A stretch of 63,452 nucleotides of DNA, counting the filler, from Octopus bimaculoides (lineage: Eukaryota), in NCBI RefSeq assembly GCF_001194135.2. It is 6 parts of 6 records of this genome, joined end to end, with 100 filler letters (N's around TTAATTAATTAA, not from the genome) between each part and the next. Parts side by side here need not be neighbours in the genome. Positions count along the whole stretch, not along the records: positions 38,129 to 57,988 come from NC_068993.1; positions 58,089 to 62,143 come from NC_068990.1; positions 62,244 to 63,452 come from NW_026317453.1; 3 more parts are not named here. The stretch is one strand, 5' to 3'. Under the pieces are notes generated by a model. That model saw only the letters and a program-made list of their open reading frames with translations, searched no databases and was not told the DNA's origin. Of the stretch, positions 52,367 to 63,452 are shown one piece after another. Position numbers and translations under genes: made by a program. Each line of letters begins with the position of its first letter. Within the stretch, counting starts at the first letter, position 1.

Positions 52367-52645
52367 GTAAGATTGGTGATAGTGATGGTGGTGGTGGTGA
52401 TGGTAGTGGTGGTGGTGATGGTATTTTTATAGCTATGTCATTTGTTGTTTCTTATTGTTTTGTTTCGTTTATAGAATTTTGTTCAAGAAGATTCATGTGC
52501 ATTGAAGAAATGCTTCCTATTACCTATTTAAATAAAACTAAATAAACATATGAATAAATAAAATAACTTTTATTTCATTTTCATCAAACATATCTACAAA
52601 ATAAACAAGAGATGTTTTGAACAGACTGCAAAAACATTCACAAAC

Positions 52646-52692
<47 letters not shown>

Positions 52693-53255
52693 AGTAAATG
52701 CTTATGTATATATGTGTCTGTGTGAGTATGTGTATATACACACACACACATACATACATATATATATACATATGTATATATACATATGCATATATATATA
52801 TATATATATACATACATATATATACACATATGTATTTCCGCATATTTATATACATGTATATATGCATATAGATATATGTATATATGTGTGTATATATANN
52901 NNNNNNNNNNNNNNNNNNNNNNNNNNNNNNNNNNNNNNNNNNNNNNNNNNNNNNNNNNNNNNNNNNNNNNNNNNNNNNNNNNNNNNNNNNNNNNNNNNNN
53001 NNNNNNNNNNNNNNNNNNNNNNNNNNNNNNNNNNNNNNNNNNNNNNNNNNNNNNNNNNNNNNNNNNNNNNNNNNNNNNNNNNNNNNNNNNNNNNNNNNNN
53101 NNNNNNNNNNNNNNNNNNNNNNNNNNNNNNNNNNNNNNNNNNNNNNNNNNNNNNNNNNNNNNNNNNNNNNNNNNNNNNNNNNNNNNNNNNNNNNNNNNNN
53201 NNNNNNNNNNNNNNNNNNNNNNNNNNNNNNNNNNNNNNNNNNNNNNNNNNNNNNN

Positions 53256-53290
<35 letters not shown>

Positions 53291-53631
53291 ATGTATGTAT
53301 GTATGTATGTATGTAATATAATTTATTTTATGCATTTTAAACCATATCATTTTCTTGTTTTTTTCTTTTTTCTTTTCAATGATATCATGTATCGTGAACA
53401 GAATGGTTTTTAAGAAACACAGACAATAGCCAGTTCCTTAACAACTACCGTACTTTAATGTTATTTTCTAAATAGGTAGACTTTGCCGTATAGAGTCATA
53501 TACCTTGTTTAAGATGTCTGTGGCAACAGGTGAACTGATGACATAGCAATTGGCTTTTATCTTAAGGCCACTCTATCTCAATATGTATGCTGCTACTACA
53601 GTTACTACTATTACTATAACCACTATTATTG

Positions 53632-53681
<50 letters not shown>

Positions 53682-53720
53682 GCTACTGCTACTGCTACNN
53701 NNNNNNNNCTACTGCTGCTG

Positions 53721-53768
<48 letters not shown>

Positions 53769-54494
53769 TTGATCTTTCAGCTTCAAGAATTTCCCTAAAA
53801 ATGAAACTAAGAACCACTGCATTTACCGTTCTCATTAAGCGACAGTTCCACCATCCAAAATCTTTCGGCTCTTAAACTCGTAATGTCATCATTAAAAGTT
53901 TTAGGTGAAAGACGGCTTCTGATTTGTGCCAACCATAAAAATAATATTTAAATTATAAACTATAAACACACCACATTAGCTATGATAATCAGTGAAGTTA
54001 GTTAATTATATACTTTCATTAAAAAACTTAATATTATGATATGACCTTTTTGGGGGTTTTTTTTTGCAGTAATAAAAACTGGATTTGTCTGTTTGAATAT
54101 GAGGAATTTCATTTCATTTAATTTAATTACTTTCAATTGAACGAAGGGGAAAAAAAAAGTGCCTAATCAACTAAATAAACGAGTTAAGGAGTAAAAGTAT
54201 TTTGACAAAAAATGTGTTCAAATATACAATTATTGTTGTTGTTGTTGTTGTTGTTTAGCTCAGAGGTCTGCACTGATGGAGAAGCTCTGTGATCAAAGGC
54301 CTTCCAATTTATGCCCATCCTGTCTTTTATCTATTTTTTATTTCTTTTCTGTGTAAAAGGAATCCAAAACCAAATTATTTAATGAGTTTGGGTTTCATTT
54401 TGCAGGGGTGTGGGGGTGGCAGTTAGGATAGGAGAGTGTGCTTTGAGAAGAAGCTTTGTGCTGTTATTTCTAGCATTTCTGAGCAACCATATAG

Positions 54495-54620
54495 AGTTTT
54501 TCCCAACCACATGACTCCAGGTTCAGTCCCACTGCATGGCACTTTGGGCAAGTGTCTTCTTCTATAACCTCACGCCAAATGAAGCCTTCTGAGTTGATTC
54601 AATAGACAAAAACCGAAAGA
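54495..54620 (+). mobile_element. SINE family A, 5' half
   Basis: CCCAACCACATG..TCCAGGTTCAGTCCCACTGCATGGCAC.TTGGGCAAGTGTCTTCT. Confidence 0.8.
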
Positions 54621-54649
54621 AATGCAACATATATCTATCTATCTATCTA

Positions 54650-55033
54650 TCGGCGTCAATGAGGAATACATGACCCGCCTGTTTAAGATGACCTTCGGGC
54701 CGGGACCTATGGACAACTTCCAGAGATCCCTGGCCTGGCAGTGCTACCGAGAAGCTCTACCCATTGGGGATAAGCTCTACAGGCATGGCTTGAGAAACAC
54801 GGGGCCGACCTGTCCGAGATGCAGGCGGAGTGACGAAACTGTTCTGCATGCACTCGTACAGTGTCCCACCATTTCCGAGCTGTGGGCTTACGTCGAACAA
54901 CTGCTATCGCGTGTGGGACGAGTCGGTCTATCAGCCGAGTCTATCGTGAATATTGTCACGCCTCCTTCTTTTAAACAGGAAGGAAGAGCTATTTTCATCG
55001 TACTTGTGGCTATGGTGAAAGAATGTGTATGGT
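54650..55033 (+). mobile_element. L1/Tx1-clade LINE ORF2 C-terminal zinc-finger region (continues into a gap)
   Basis: FQRSLAWQCYREALPIGDKL...CPRCRRSDETVLHALVQCP...LW..V fits the zf-RVT-type CxxC...ET..H....CP motif; frame open and CpG-rich, suggesting a young copy. Confidence 0.8.
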
Positions 55034-55991
55034 NNNNNNNNNNNNNNNNNNNNNNNNNNNNNNNNNNNNNNNNNNNNNNNNNNNNNNNNNNNNNNNNNNN
55101 NNNNNNNNNNNNNNNNNNNNNNNNNNNNNNNNNNNNNNNNNNNNNNNNNNNNNNNNNNNNNNNNNNNNNNNNNNNNNNNNNNNNNNNNNNNNNNNNNNNN
55201 NNNNNNNNNNNNNNNNNNNNNNNNNNNNNNNNNNNNNNNNNNNNNNNNNNNNNNNNNNNNNNNNNNNNNNNNNNNNNNNNNNNNNNNNNNNNNNNNNNNN
55301 NNNNNNNNNNNNNNNNNNNNNNNNNNNNNNNNNNNNNNNNNNNNNNNNNNNNNNNNNNNNNNNNNNNNNNNNNNNNNNNNNNNNNNNNNNNNNNNNNNNN
55401 NNNNNNNNNNNNNNNNNNNNNNNNNNNNNNNNNNNNNNNNNNNNNNNNNNNNNNNNNNNNNNNNNNNNNNNNNNNNNNNNNNNNNNNNNNNNNNNNNNNN
55501 NNNNNNNNNNNNNNNNNNNNNNNNNNNNNNNNNNNNNNNNNNNNNNNNNNNNNNNNNNNNNNNNNNNNNNNNNNNNNNNNNNNNNNNNNNNNNNNNNNNN
55601 NNNNNNNNNNNNNNNNNNNNNNNNNNNNNNNNNNNNNNNNNNNNNNNNNNNNNNNNNNNNNNNNNNNNNNNNNNNNNNNNNNNNNNNNNNNNNNNNNNNN
55701 NNNNNNNNNNNNNNNNNNNNNNNNNNNNNNNNNNNNNNNNNNNNNNNNNNNNNNNNNNNNNNNNNNNNNNNNNNNNNNNNNNNNNNNNNNNNNNNNNNNN
55801 NNNNNNNNNNNNNNNNNNNNNNNNNNNNNNNNNNNNNNNNNNNNNNNNNNNNNNNNNNNNNNNNNNNNNNNNNNNNNNNNNNNNNNNNNNNNNNNNNNNN
55901 NNNNNNNNNNNNNNACCTATCTATCTATCTATCTATCTACCTATCTATCTATCTACCTATCTACCTAGCTATCTATCTGCCCATTCACATA

Positions 55992-56063
55992 TGGTGTAAT
56001 GGTTAAGAGCACGGGCTACTAACCCCAAGATTCTGATTTCGATTCCAGGCAGTGACCTGAATA

Positions 56064-56094
<31 letters not shown>

Positions 56095-56110
56095 TAGTAA
56101 TAATAATAAT
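55992..56110 (+). mobile_element. Second copy of the tRNA-like head plus (AAT)n of the 18603 element
   Basis: TGGTGTAATGGTTAAGAGCACGGGCTACTAACCCCAAGATTCTGATTTCGATTCCAGGCAGTGACCTGA(ATA)n aligns to 18880-18790; intact A box. Confidence 0.85.
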
Positions 56111-56111
56111 T

Positions 56112-56355
56112 AGAAAAGAATACATAGTCAATTTCATAGGGATGTTGAAGATAAAACAGACAGAGAAAAAAGATGGCTATAGATGACTAAAAGTGATTTA
56201 AAACCGGAAACGGAGGCTCTAATCTGTCCTGCCCAAGTGCAAGCACTAAGAACAAACTACATAAAATACAGAACAGACAACACGGCAGAAAGTGATGAGT
56301 GCAGAATCTGTGCACAAAATGGTGAAACAATTTTACACTAGCCCTCTATAACCAC
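56112..56355 (+). mobile_element. R4/Dong-like fragment starting directly after the (AAT)n tract
   Basis: HSQFHRDVEDK...WL*MTKSDLKPETEALICPAQVQALRTNYIKYRTDNTAESDECRICAQNGETI; same family as 7600-8305 (DNAAEIDKCR). Confidence 0.8.
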
Positions 56356-56731
56356 GTCATAACAGAAACATAAAGAGAAAAATGCTTCTACACATAAACA
56401 AAGAGAGTGGGAGGGAGGGAGAAATTAATCATCTGATGTCAGGTTCCAATCAGCCATGCCAAACAGGTGGTGTCAAAACAGCTGCGCCAGAATGTCTCAT
56501 ACAATGCAGCGTCGTTTCAGCATTTGGGTAGGAACTAATGAACTAATTAAAATAAGAAATTTTTTAATGAAAACTTAAGAATAACAGCAGTCACCATTTT
56601 CGAGTAAAAATACATAGAATTCATATTGTGAAGCAATTAAGAATCATTTTGGTCAGTCTGACGCCAAAATATTTTTATGTTTGGATAACAGCATGAGGTT
56701 CTTTATAATCGGTAATAGTTTTGTATATCTA

Positions 56732-56919
56732 AGGCAGAGAGCTGGCAGAATCATTAGGCACAGGTGTGGCTGTGTAGCAAGAAGCCTTGCTTCCAAACCA
56801 CATGGTTCCAGGTTCAGTTCCACTGTTTGGCGCCTTGGGCAATTGTTTTCTACTATAACCTCAGGCTGACTAATGCCTTGTGAGTGGAGTTAGTAGACGG
56901 AAACTGAAAGAAGCCTCTT

Positions 56920-56964
<45 letters not shown>

Positions 56965-56969
56965 TATAT

Positions 56970-57023
<54 letters not shown>

Positions 57024-57578
57024 GTGTGTGCATGCGTATATATATATATATATATATATAAAGGTTACGAAGGGTATTGGAGTCAACCAAACCCTAAAGA
57101 CACAGGTAATACCGAGTAAGTGATGTATACCGACTAGTTTTGCCCCTGACGTGGTTGCAACATGAGTGGGGAATATAACATGGGTTGTGTAGTCTGTGTT
57201 TGTCCATCCACCATCGCTTGACAACCGGTGTTGGTGTGTTTATGTCCCTGTAACTTAACAGTTTGGCAAAAAAGACTGATAGAATAAGTACCAGGCTTAC
57301 AAAGAATAAGTACAGGGGTCGATTTGTTTGACTAAAAGGTTGTGCTCCAGCATGGCCACAGTCAAAATGACTGAAATAAAGGAACACTGGGCATAATACT
57401 CATTAGCCGTTCATCCATCTTTACGTTCTGAGTTCAAATTCCATTGAGGCTGGACTTTGCCTTTCATCCTCTCAGGGGTTGCTAAAATAAGTACCAGTTG
57501 TGTACTGGGGTCAATGTACATCGACAAGCCCCCTCCCCAGAAATTGCTGGCCTGGTGCCCAAATTTGAAACCAATATT
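56732..57578 (+). mobile_element. Nested SINEs: family B split by a full-length family A (56758-57380), itself carrying a 125-bp foreign insert (57061-57185)
   Basis: B head GAGCTGGCAGAATCATTAG ends at 56757 and the B body resumes at about 57385; head, microsatellite and tail of A are all present. Confidence 0.8.
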
Positions 57579-57748
57579 TTTGTATTGAACAAAAATCATT
57601 TGAATCTCTCTGCTGTTATTTGTTTTTTGTTTTTGTTGTTGTTTTGATTTTTCTCGTTTGTGTTTTCTTTATTTTATTTATTCAAATCTCTTTTTATTAA
57701 AGGAATTAGTTGTATTAATACTGTCACCAACACTCACACAGGCACACA

Positions 57749-57782
<34 letters not shown>

Positions 57783-57988
57783 CACATACATACACACACA
57801 AACACACACACAGATATACATACATGCATAAACACACATACACACGCACATACACACATTCACACAAACACACATGCGACACACACACACACACACAGAA
57901 ACACAGATACACACACACACATAGACACACACATACATATACATGCATAAACACACATACACACACTCACACAAACACACACACATAC

Positions 57989-58088
57989 NNNNNNNNNNNN
58001 NNNNNNNNNNNNNNNNNNNNNNNNNNNNNNNNTTAATTAATTAANNNNNNNNNNNNNNNNNNNNNNNNNNNNNNNNNNNNNNNNNNNN
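57989..58088. other. Artificial linker 44N-TTAATTAATTAA-44N
   Basis: 12-mer at 58033-58044. Confidence 0.95.
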
Positions 58089-58539
58089 CGGCGGCGGTCT
58101 CTTTGATTCATTTATAGAAAGCGTAGAATTTTCCACGATTCTCTCCTTGATTGTATGTGGTGTGCAGTTGGTCGTCAGGTCACATACACGACTGGCCAAC
58201 TTAGTTACTCTACTTTCATCAATGTCTTGGAAAGAAGACTGGTAGTGTGCATAACGGCTTTTAAAATTGCCTTCACAAATCAAACCAAGAGACGACACTC
58301 AGTTGTAACTGTCGAAATTCTGAAGCTTGCCCGCTCGATCAGGCGTGTTTGCTAAACCCAGTTGTTTATGAAGCCGAAGTCACAGGAGGGCATTAAGATA
58401 ACTTAGTTGTGAAGAAAACGGTTTTGAAAGCCGTTATGCAAACCATCGGTCTTCTTTCGGACTCATGGATAAAAATAAAGCTACTAAGTTGGCCAGCTGT
58501 GTACAGGTTTGAAGAAAGCTATACTAAACCCTAAATTAG

Positions 58540-58800
58540 ATGCCACTGCATAGTACCAAATTTCCCACTTTCCCATCTAGAGTAGGAAACCAATACTGAA
58601 ACAGCTTCGTTTTCAAGAGCCTACATCTTTTCATTATGCTGTTAAAACACTTCAGCTACGAGGTATAGATGTGGATGTTTTCAAAAATACTTAGACAAAT
58701 TTTTGCTTGAAATACCAGATGAGCCCACATCCCAGTTAGAACGCAAAGGAGGGCGGCGTTGTCCAACTCTCTTATTCCCTAAAACCTAACACATAAAGAA
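58540..58800 (+). mobile_element. CR1-clade LINE 3' end remnant
   Basis: LRGIDVDVFKKYLDKFLLEIPDEP...RAALSNSL matches the CR1 terminal motif VFK..LD.FL..VPDEP....AA.SNSL. Confidence 0.7.
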
Positions 58801-59384
58801 GAGCAAGGAAATGAAATGAAATAAACTAAAAATCAGACCAATTTCGGTGCCCCAGTACGACCCCAACCTCTGGATGAAATGAGTAAAATTCGAAAGCAAA
58901 TTAGACGAATATTGGCAATCACAAATTCGGGAATTTTTTACTTTTATCTCGGGCTCAGCCAGAGAAAGGAAGGCATTACAGTCTTTCTATACTGATAAGG
59001 AAACAGGGAACCCAAAAAGCACATCTCATGGGTTATGTCCAAACTGGAAACATGATCTGAACGTTCGCAACAGAATAAATTCTGCTAATGGAACTCAAGG
59101 TCTAGTGGGTAGGAGGATGTTAAACTAGGAGATGGATTAAGTCTACTAAACAACTGACACATACTTACAACGACTCTCATTTTATTCCATTTAGAATCAC
59201 TGGAGTTTATTAGTTTTCAAGGATTTAGTTTCTACAAGAAAATTTAATAGAATTATATTTTATATCCAGAAACGTCCCAATTACAATATTTTACTTGTTT
59301 CAGCCATGGGCTGTGGCCATGCTGGGGTACGGCCATTAATGCAATTATTAGTATATTTCGTTTCCACATACATATTCCATAAAA

Positions 59385-59957
59385 AGGAATACTGGTGGAA
59401 TGTCCTAGTGAAAACTTCAATAAGTTGTAAACATAATAGACCTGACACAGTGATTTGGGATAGAAAAAAAGAGAAATTGTGTACAGTTGTGGAAATCACC
59501 TGCCCAGCGGATGTTAGCATAAAGTTAAAGAACAGCGAAAAATGATTACCCTACTCTGAACTGTCGAGAACTTTACAGTTGCACTACCCAGATTACAAGT
59601 TCAGGTTTGTTCCTATAATTATTGAGGCACTGGGATATGTAACACAGGGACTAAATACCAATCTTGAGAAATTAGGCTTCTCAAAACCAGAAAGAAAACT
59701 GACACGAAGACTACAGATTTAAACCGTCACTGGAACTGTAAATATCTGTAAAATTTTAAAGAAGTTTATCATTTAAGTATACAGGCGCATGTCTAGACAA
59801 GCAACTATACACATGAGAATACATACATAAAACAAAACAGACAAATCTGCGCGTGCACTGACCCCAAATAAAGCACATACACACATACATGCACTAGGTT
59901 AGAAACCGGCTCTTTCTGTATTGGCAAGAAATCTTGAAATAAAACTAAATAATAACA
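59385..59957 (+). mobile_element. RLE-type (R4/Dong-like) LINE 3' end, second family
   Basis: WWNVLVKTSISCKHNRPDTVIWDRKKEKLCTVVEITCPAD...YPDYKFRFVPIIIEALGYV...KKFII*, then a 3' UTR ending AATAAAACTAAATAATAA. Confidence 0.8.
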
Positions 59958-60054
59958 TACATGCATACTTTCATACACGCATACATACATAAATGTGTAT
60001 ATACATACATACATGGCTACATACATATATACGTACATGCATATATACATACAT

Positions 60055-60241
60055 GCAGGCGTAGGAGTGACTGTGTGGTAAGTAGCTTGCTTACCAACCA
60101 CATGGTTCCGGGTTCAGTCCCACTGTGTGGCACCTTGGGCAAGTGTCTTCTACTGTAGCCTCGGGCCGACCAAAGCCTTGTGAGTGGATTTGGTAGACGG
60201 AAACTGAAAGAAGCCCGTCGTATGTGTGTGTGTGTGTGTGT
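60055..60241 (+). mobile_element. SINE family A, 5' half, young (CpGs retained), cut by a gap
   Basis: GTGTGGTAAGTAGCTTGCTTACCAACCACATGGTTCCGGGTTCAGTCCCACTG..GGCACCTTGGGCAAGTGTCTTCT: tRNA-like A/B boxes plus CORE-like box. Confidence 0.9.
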
Positions 60242-60834
60242 NNNNNNNNNNNNNNNNNNNNNNNNNNNNNNNNNNNNNNNNNNNNNNNNNNNNNNNNNNN
60301 NNNNNNNNNNNNNNNNNNNNNNNNNNNNNNNNNNNNNNNNNNNNNNNNNNNNNNNNNNNNNNNNNNNNNNNNNNNNNNNNNNNNNNNNNNNNNNNNNNNN
60401 NNNNNNNNNNNNNNNNNNNNNNNNNNNNNNNNNNNNNNNNNNNNNNNNNNNNNNNNNNNNNNNNNNNNNNNNNNNNNNNNNNNNNNNNNNNNNNNNNNNN
60501 NNNNNNNNNNNNNNNNNNNNNNNNNNNNNNNNNNNNNNNNNNNNNNNNNNNNNNNNNNNNNNNNNNNNNNNNNNNNNNNNNNNNNNNNNNNNNNNNNNNN
60601 NNNNNNNNNNNNNNNNNNNNNNNNNNNNNNNNNNNNNNNNNNNNNNNNNNNNNNNNNNNNNNNNNNNNNNNNNNNNNNNNNNNNNNNNNNNNNNNNNNNN
60701 NNNNNNNNNNNNNNNNNNNNNNNNNNNNNNNNNNNNNNNNNNNNNNNATACGTACCTATATGCATACATACGTACATACATACATGCATACATACATACG
60801 CACATACATATATACAAACATACATACATACATA

Positions 60835-61200
60835 CAAGATTCTGAGAAGTAAGAGAGAATAACCCAAGGATATTACATCAGAAAAATATGGTAATCTTAA
60901 CTCTCCTCTTTCGGCAAGACAATATCTCACAATGTAATTGCAGTAATTGCAGTGCTGATTCCAACGTTCGGGATATTTGACTGGTCTATAGAAGAAATCC
61001 ACACCATTGACATTAAAACCCACAAAATTCTAGCATCCACTGAAAATCTCTGATAGTGATATCGCTAGGCTCTACTTAAGAAGAGATAAAGGACATAGGG
61101 GCTTGAGATCAGAGCAGGCAACCTTTGAAAGTCACATAGTCTCTCCCAGACAGCACTTCGTAGACAACAGCAGCAAAAATAAATATATTAATTTAGTGTT
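60835..61200 (+). mobile_element. RLE-type LINE RT-thumb remnant
   Basis: IAVLIPTFGIFDWSIEEIHTIDIKTHKIL...SDIARLYLRRDKGHRGL matches the R4/Dong motif RLY..R..GGRGL. Confidence 0.75.
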
Positions 61201-61609
61201 GAAAAGTGAATAAAACAATATATACTTGCTGGAAGTGAGCTCTTCAGGGAGAAGAACCAGATTAGCATACCTCACAGAAGACCAGGAGGTAAAACACTCA
61301 GCATGCCAAAAGAAAGATGCATAGGTATGTTTCTCGTTGACTTGAAGAAGATAGTAACATTGACATGATGCCAAGCCTCTCTTGGACTCGTGACCGCTAC
61401 ATCATATTACACTTCGAAGGCTAGGCATTTGTAATTGAAGAATAGGAGATTGCTACTAAGTACCTAATCAACAAAAGCCCTTGAGGTTCCAAGATGCAAC
61501 CGTAAATGTAGATTATATCTTATTTTTGTGGAAGACATCATACATGCGATTAGCAGCTACCCCCAAAATATCAAAGTACTACCTCTCTATGCGACATGAT
61601 GTTGTTGAA

Positions 61610-62143
61610 TAAACAGTATGCATTTGTTCAGTTATGTGCAGTATTTAATTGTCTGGTTACTTGGGAGAAGCTCATAGTACATAATTCCCTTCCAATCCCA
61701 CCAGACACAAAGCAAGACTTTTTTAGGGTGGAGACCCGCTTTTGGGGTGGTTAAGGGTCGCTCTAGTCGCTTACCCCAGGATTGCATTTCGGTAGATAAT
61801 CCATTTCTCATCACCTGTCACAATTTGCCTTAAAAAAAGGAGCGTTTTCATTCCGTTTATAAAGCGAATCACAGATGGAAATGCGATCCAAAAGGTTCTT
61901 CTCACTCAACTCATGTGGTACCCAAACATCGTAGCGATTTGTGTACCCAAGCTTTACCAGGTGCTCACGAACAACGGATTTTGATAGGTTGAGGCTTTCT
62001 GCCAATTCTCAGGTTGTGCAATGTGGGTTATTCTCAATTAGTGACTTGATTTGGTCATCATCTGTAGTGGATGGTCTGTCTGGTCGCTCTTTATCAATAA
62101 GGCTACAATCTCCAGCTCGGAACCTTGCGAACCACTTCCGTAC
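61610..62143 (-). mobile_element. Mariner (Tc1/mariner) transposase remnant
   Basis: VRKWFARFRAGDCSL.D..R...P...LAESLNLSKS.V.EHL..LGY....DVWVPHEL...IVTGDEKWI...GLHPKKVLLCVWWDWKG: WVPHEL motif and first catalytic Asp region; frameshifted. Confidence 0.92.
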
Positions 62144-62243
62144 NNNNNNNNNNNNNNNNNNNNNNNNNNNNNNNNNNNNNNNNNNNNTTAATTAATTAAN
62201 NNNNNNNNNNNNNNNNNNNNNNNNNNNNNNNNNNNNNNNNNNN
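62144..62243. other. Artificial linker 44N-TTAATTAATTAA-44N
   Basis: 12-mer at 62188-62199. Confidence 0.95.
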
Positions 62244-62359
62244 ACTGATTGAACAGAGCAGTTATGTTGAAAGATGCTTCAGACATGATAGTCTCATCTT
62301 TTTGTATTTCTGGGTAAACAAAACGTTGTCTAATGTGTAATTGTCCCTTTTTTTAAAAA

Positions 62360-62789
62360 CCCTTTTGATCCCAACCTACCTTAGACTGCTCCTGGTTCTC
62401 TGATACAAACTTCCTGTTTTAAAGTGATCTTCATTAAAATGTTTCACTGAAATATCATGTTAATTTATGTTTCAAACACCAGTTTAACCCTTTAGCATTC
62501 AGATTATCCTCTCGAATGTAATACTTATTCATTCACATTGGTTTGAATTAATCCTGTATTATCTCATAGCTTTGAGATTTCGATGATGTGATTGTTCATT
62601 TTTAGAATAACATTGTAGAGTAGGTGTGAGAGGCTTGATCTGGCTGGTTTCAACATAAAACGGGTAGAATTTTAGAGCTGGATATGGCCAGTTTGAATGT
62701 TAAAGGGTGAATCATGAAAATGTCACTAAATTCTTCATTATTTTAAAAATTAATTCAAAACAAAGGCAGTGCATTTCAGCAAAAAAGGG
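62360..62789. mobile_element. Outer piggyBac-like MITE (CCCTTTT...AAAAGGG followed by TTAA)
   Basis: CCC start at 62360, GGG end at 62789 followed by TTAA; left TTAA not intact. Confidence 0.5.
62488..62707. mobile_element. Inner piggyBac-like MITE
   Basis: TTAA|CCCTTTAGCATTCA ... TGAATGTTAAAGGG|TGAA: 13/14-bp TIR, and a TTAA target with one mismatch on the right. Confidence 0.8.
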
Positions 62790-63452
62790 TTAAAATGATC
62801 TAAATTAAAATTTTCTGTCAAAGTTTCATTTTAATTTATGTTCTAAACCTTAGCTTAATAACCTCAATATTATATTACCAGTTTCTTCATTATATTCAAA
62901 ATTAATTGTGATGCAAGTTGTGCATGTATTTCAACAGATATACAGTAATGAAAGTGTTAAAGTTGTGACTTGAGGGAAATTTGGCCATTATTTCTAAGAG
63001 GTTGAGCAACTGTGTACAGGCTATCCCCCTTCCCTTTTGTATATATCTCTGACATCACTGCTATAGATGAATTGTTTTAAAAATATATTGTTCAGTCGTT
63101 TTGGGTGGATATTGAAAGGAGAAGCAGTTGGTTTAGTGATGACTAAGGAAGGACTATTTAGCAGTGATTTGGCAAAGTATGGTGGTGGCAGTGGGGGGGT
63201 GGTGATAATGGCAAAGTATGATAAGTGATGGTGGTGGCAGTGGCAGTGAAGAAGAAGAAGAAAAAAAGAAGAGATCCAAATTCAGCAGAGAATACAATGG
63301 TACTCTTTGGTCTAACATTTCCATATTCCATCATGTCAGCCATCGGCAGCTTTTCCAGTTTAAGGTTCATGTTTAGTTCAAGATCATCTTTGACCAAGCA
63401 GATATATAATCAAAGGTTTTTTTCACCTGTGACTGTCCCCTGTATTTTTATT

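Noticed and set aside
63270-63397. Minus-strand ORF MVKDDLELNMNLKLEKL...
   Set aside because: No splice signals and it runs into low-complexity sequence; may be an RTE C-terminal remnant but is unsupported.

Overview
AT-rich animal genomic DNA dense in microsatellites and SINEs. It is most likely an octopus/coleoid draft assembly; this is inferred from recalled SINE families and repeat density, not from a database search. The window is six pieces joined by artificial 44N-TTAATTAATTAA-44N linkers, so adjacency across linkers is unverified. Nearly all long six-frame ORFs are microsatellite or N-gap artefacts. One convincing host CDS is present: minus strand, 35818-36750, a 310-aa acidic low-complexity protein with no domain I recognise. 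There are also a few weak exon candidates. The remainder is transposon debris: Penelope-like (GIY-YIG), R4/Dong-like RLE LINEs, CR1, RTE, Tx1/L1, Gypsy integrase, mariner, hAT and piggyBac-like MITEs, and several tRNA-derived SINE families. The most notable object is a 416-bp insertion at 18603-19018 with a 12-bp target-site duplication. It fuses a tRNA-like Pol III head and (AAT)n to a Penelope-type terminal repeat carrying a minimal hammerhead ribozyme, and has a perfect 139-bp inverted copy of that repeat. It is therefore a candidate ribozyme-bearing SINE mobilised by Penelope machinery.
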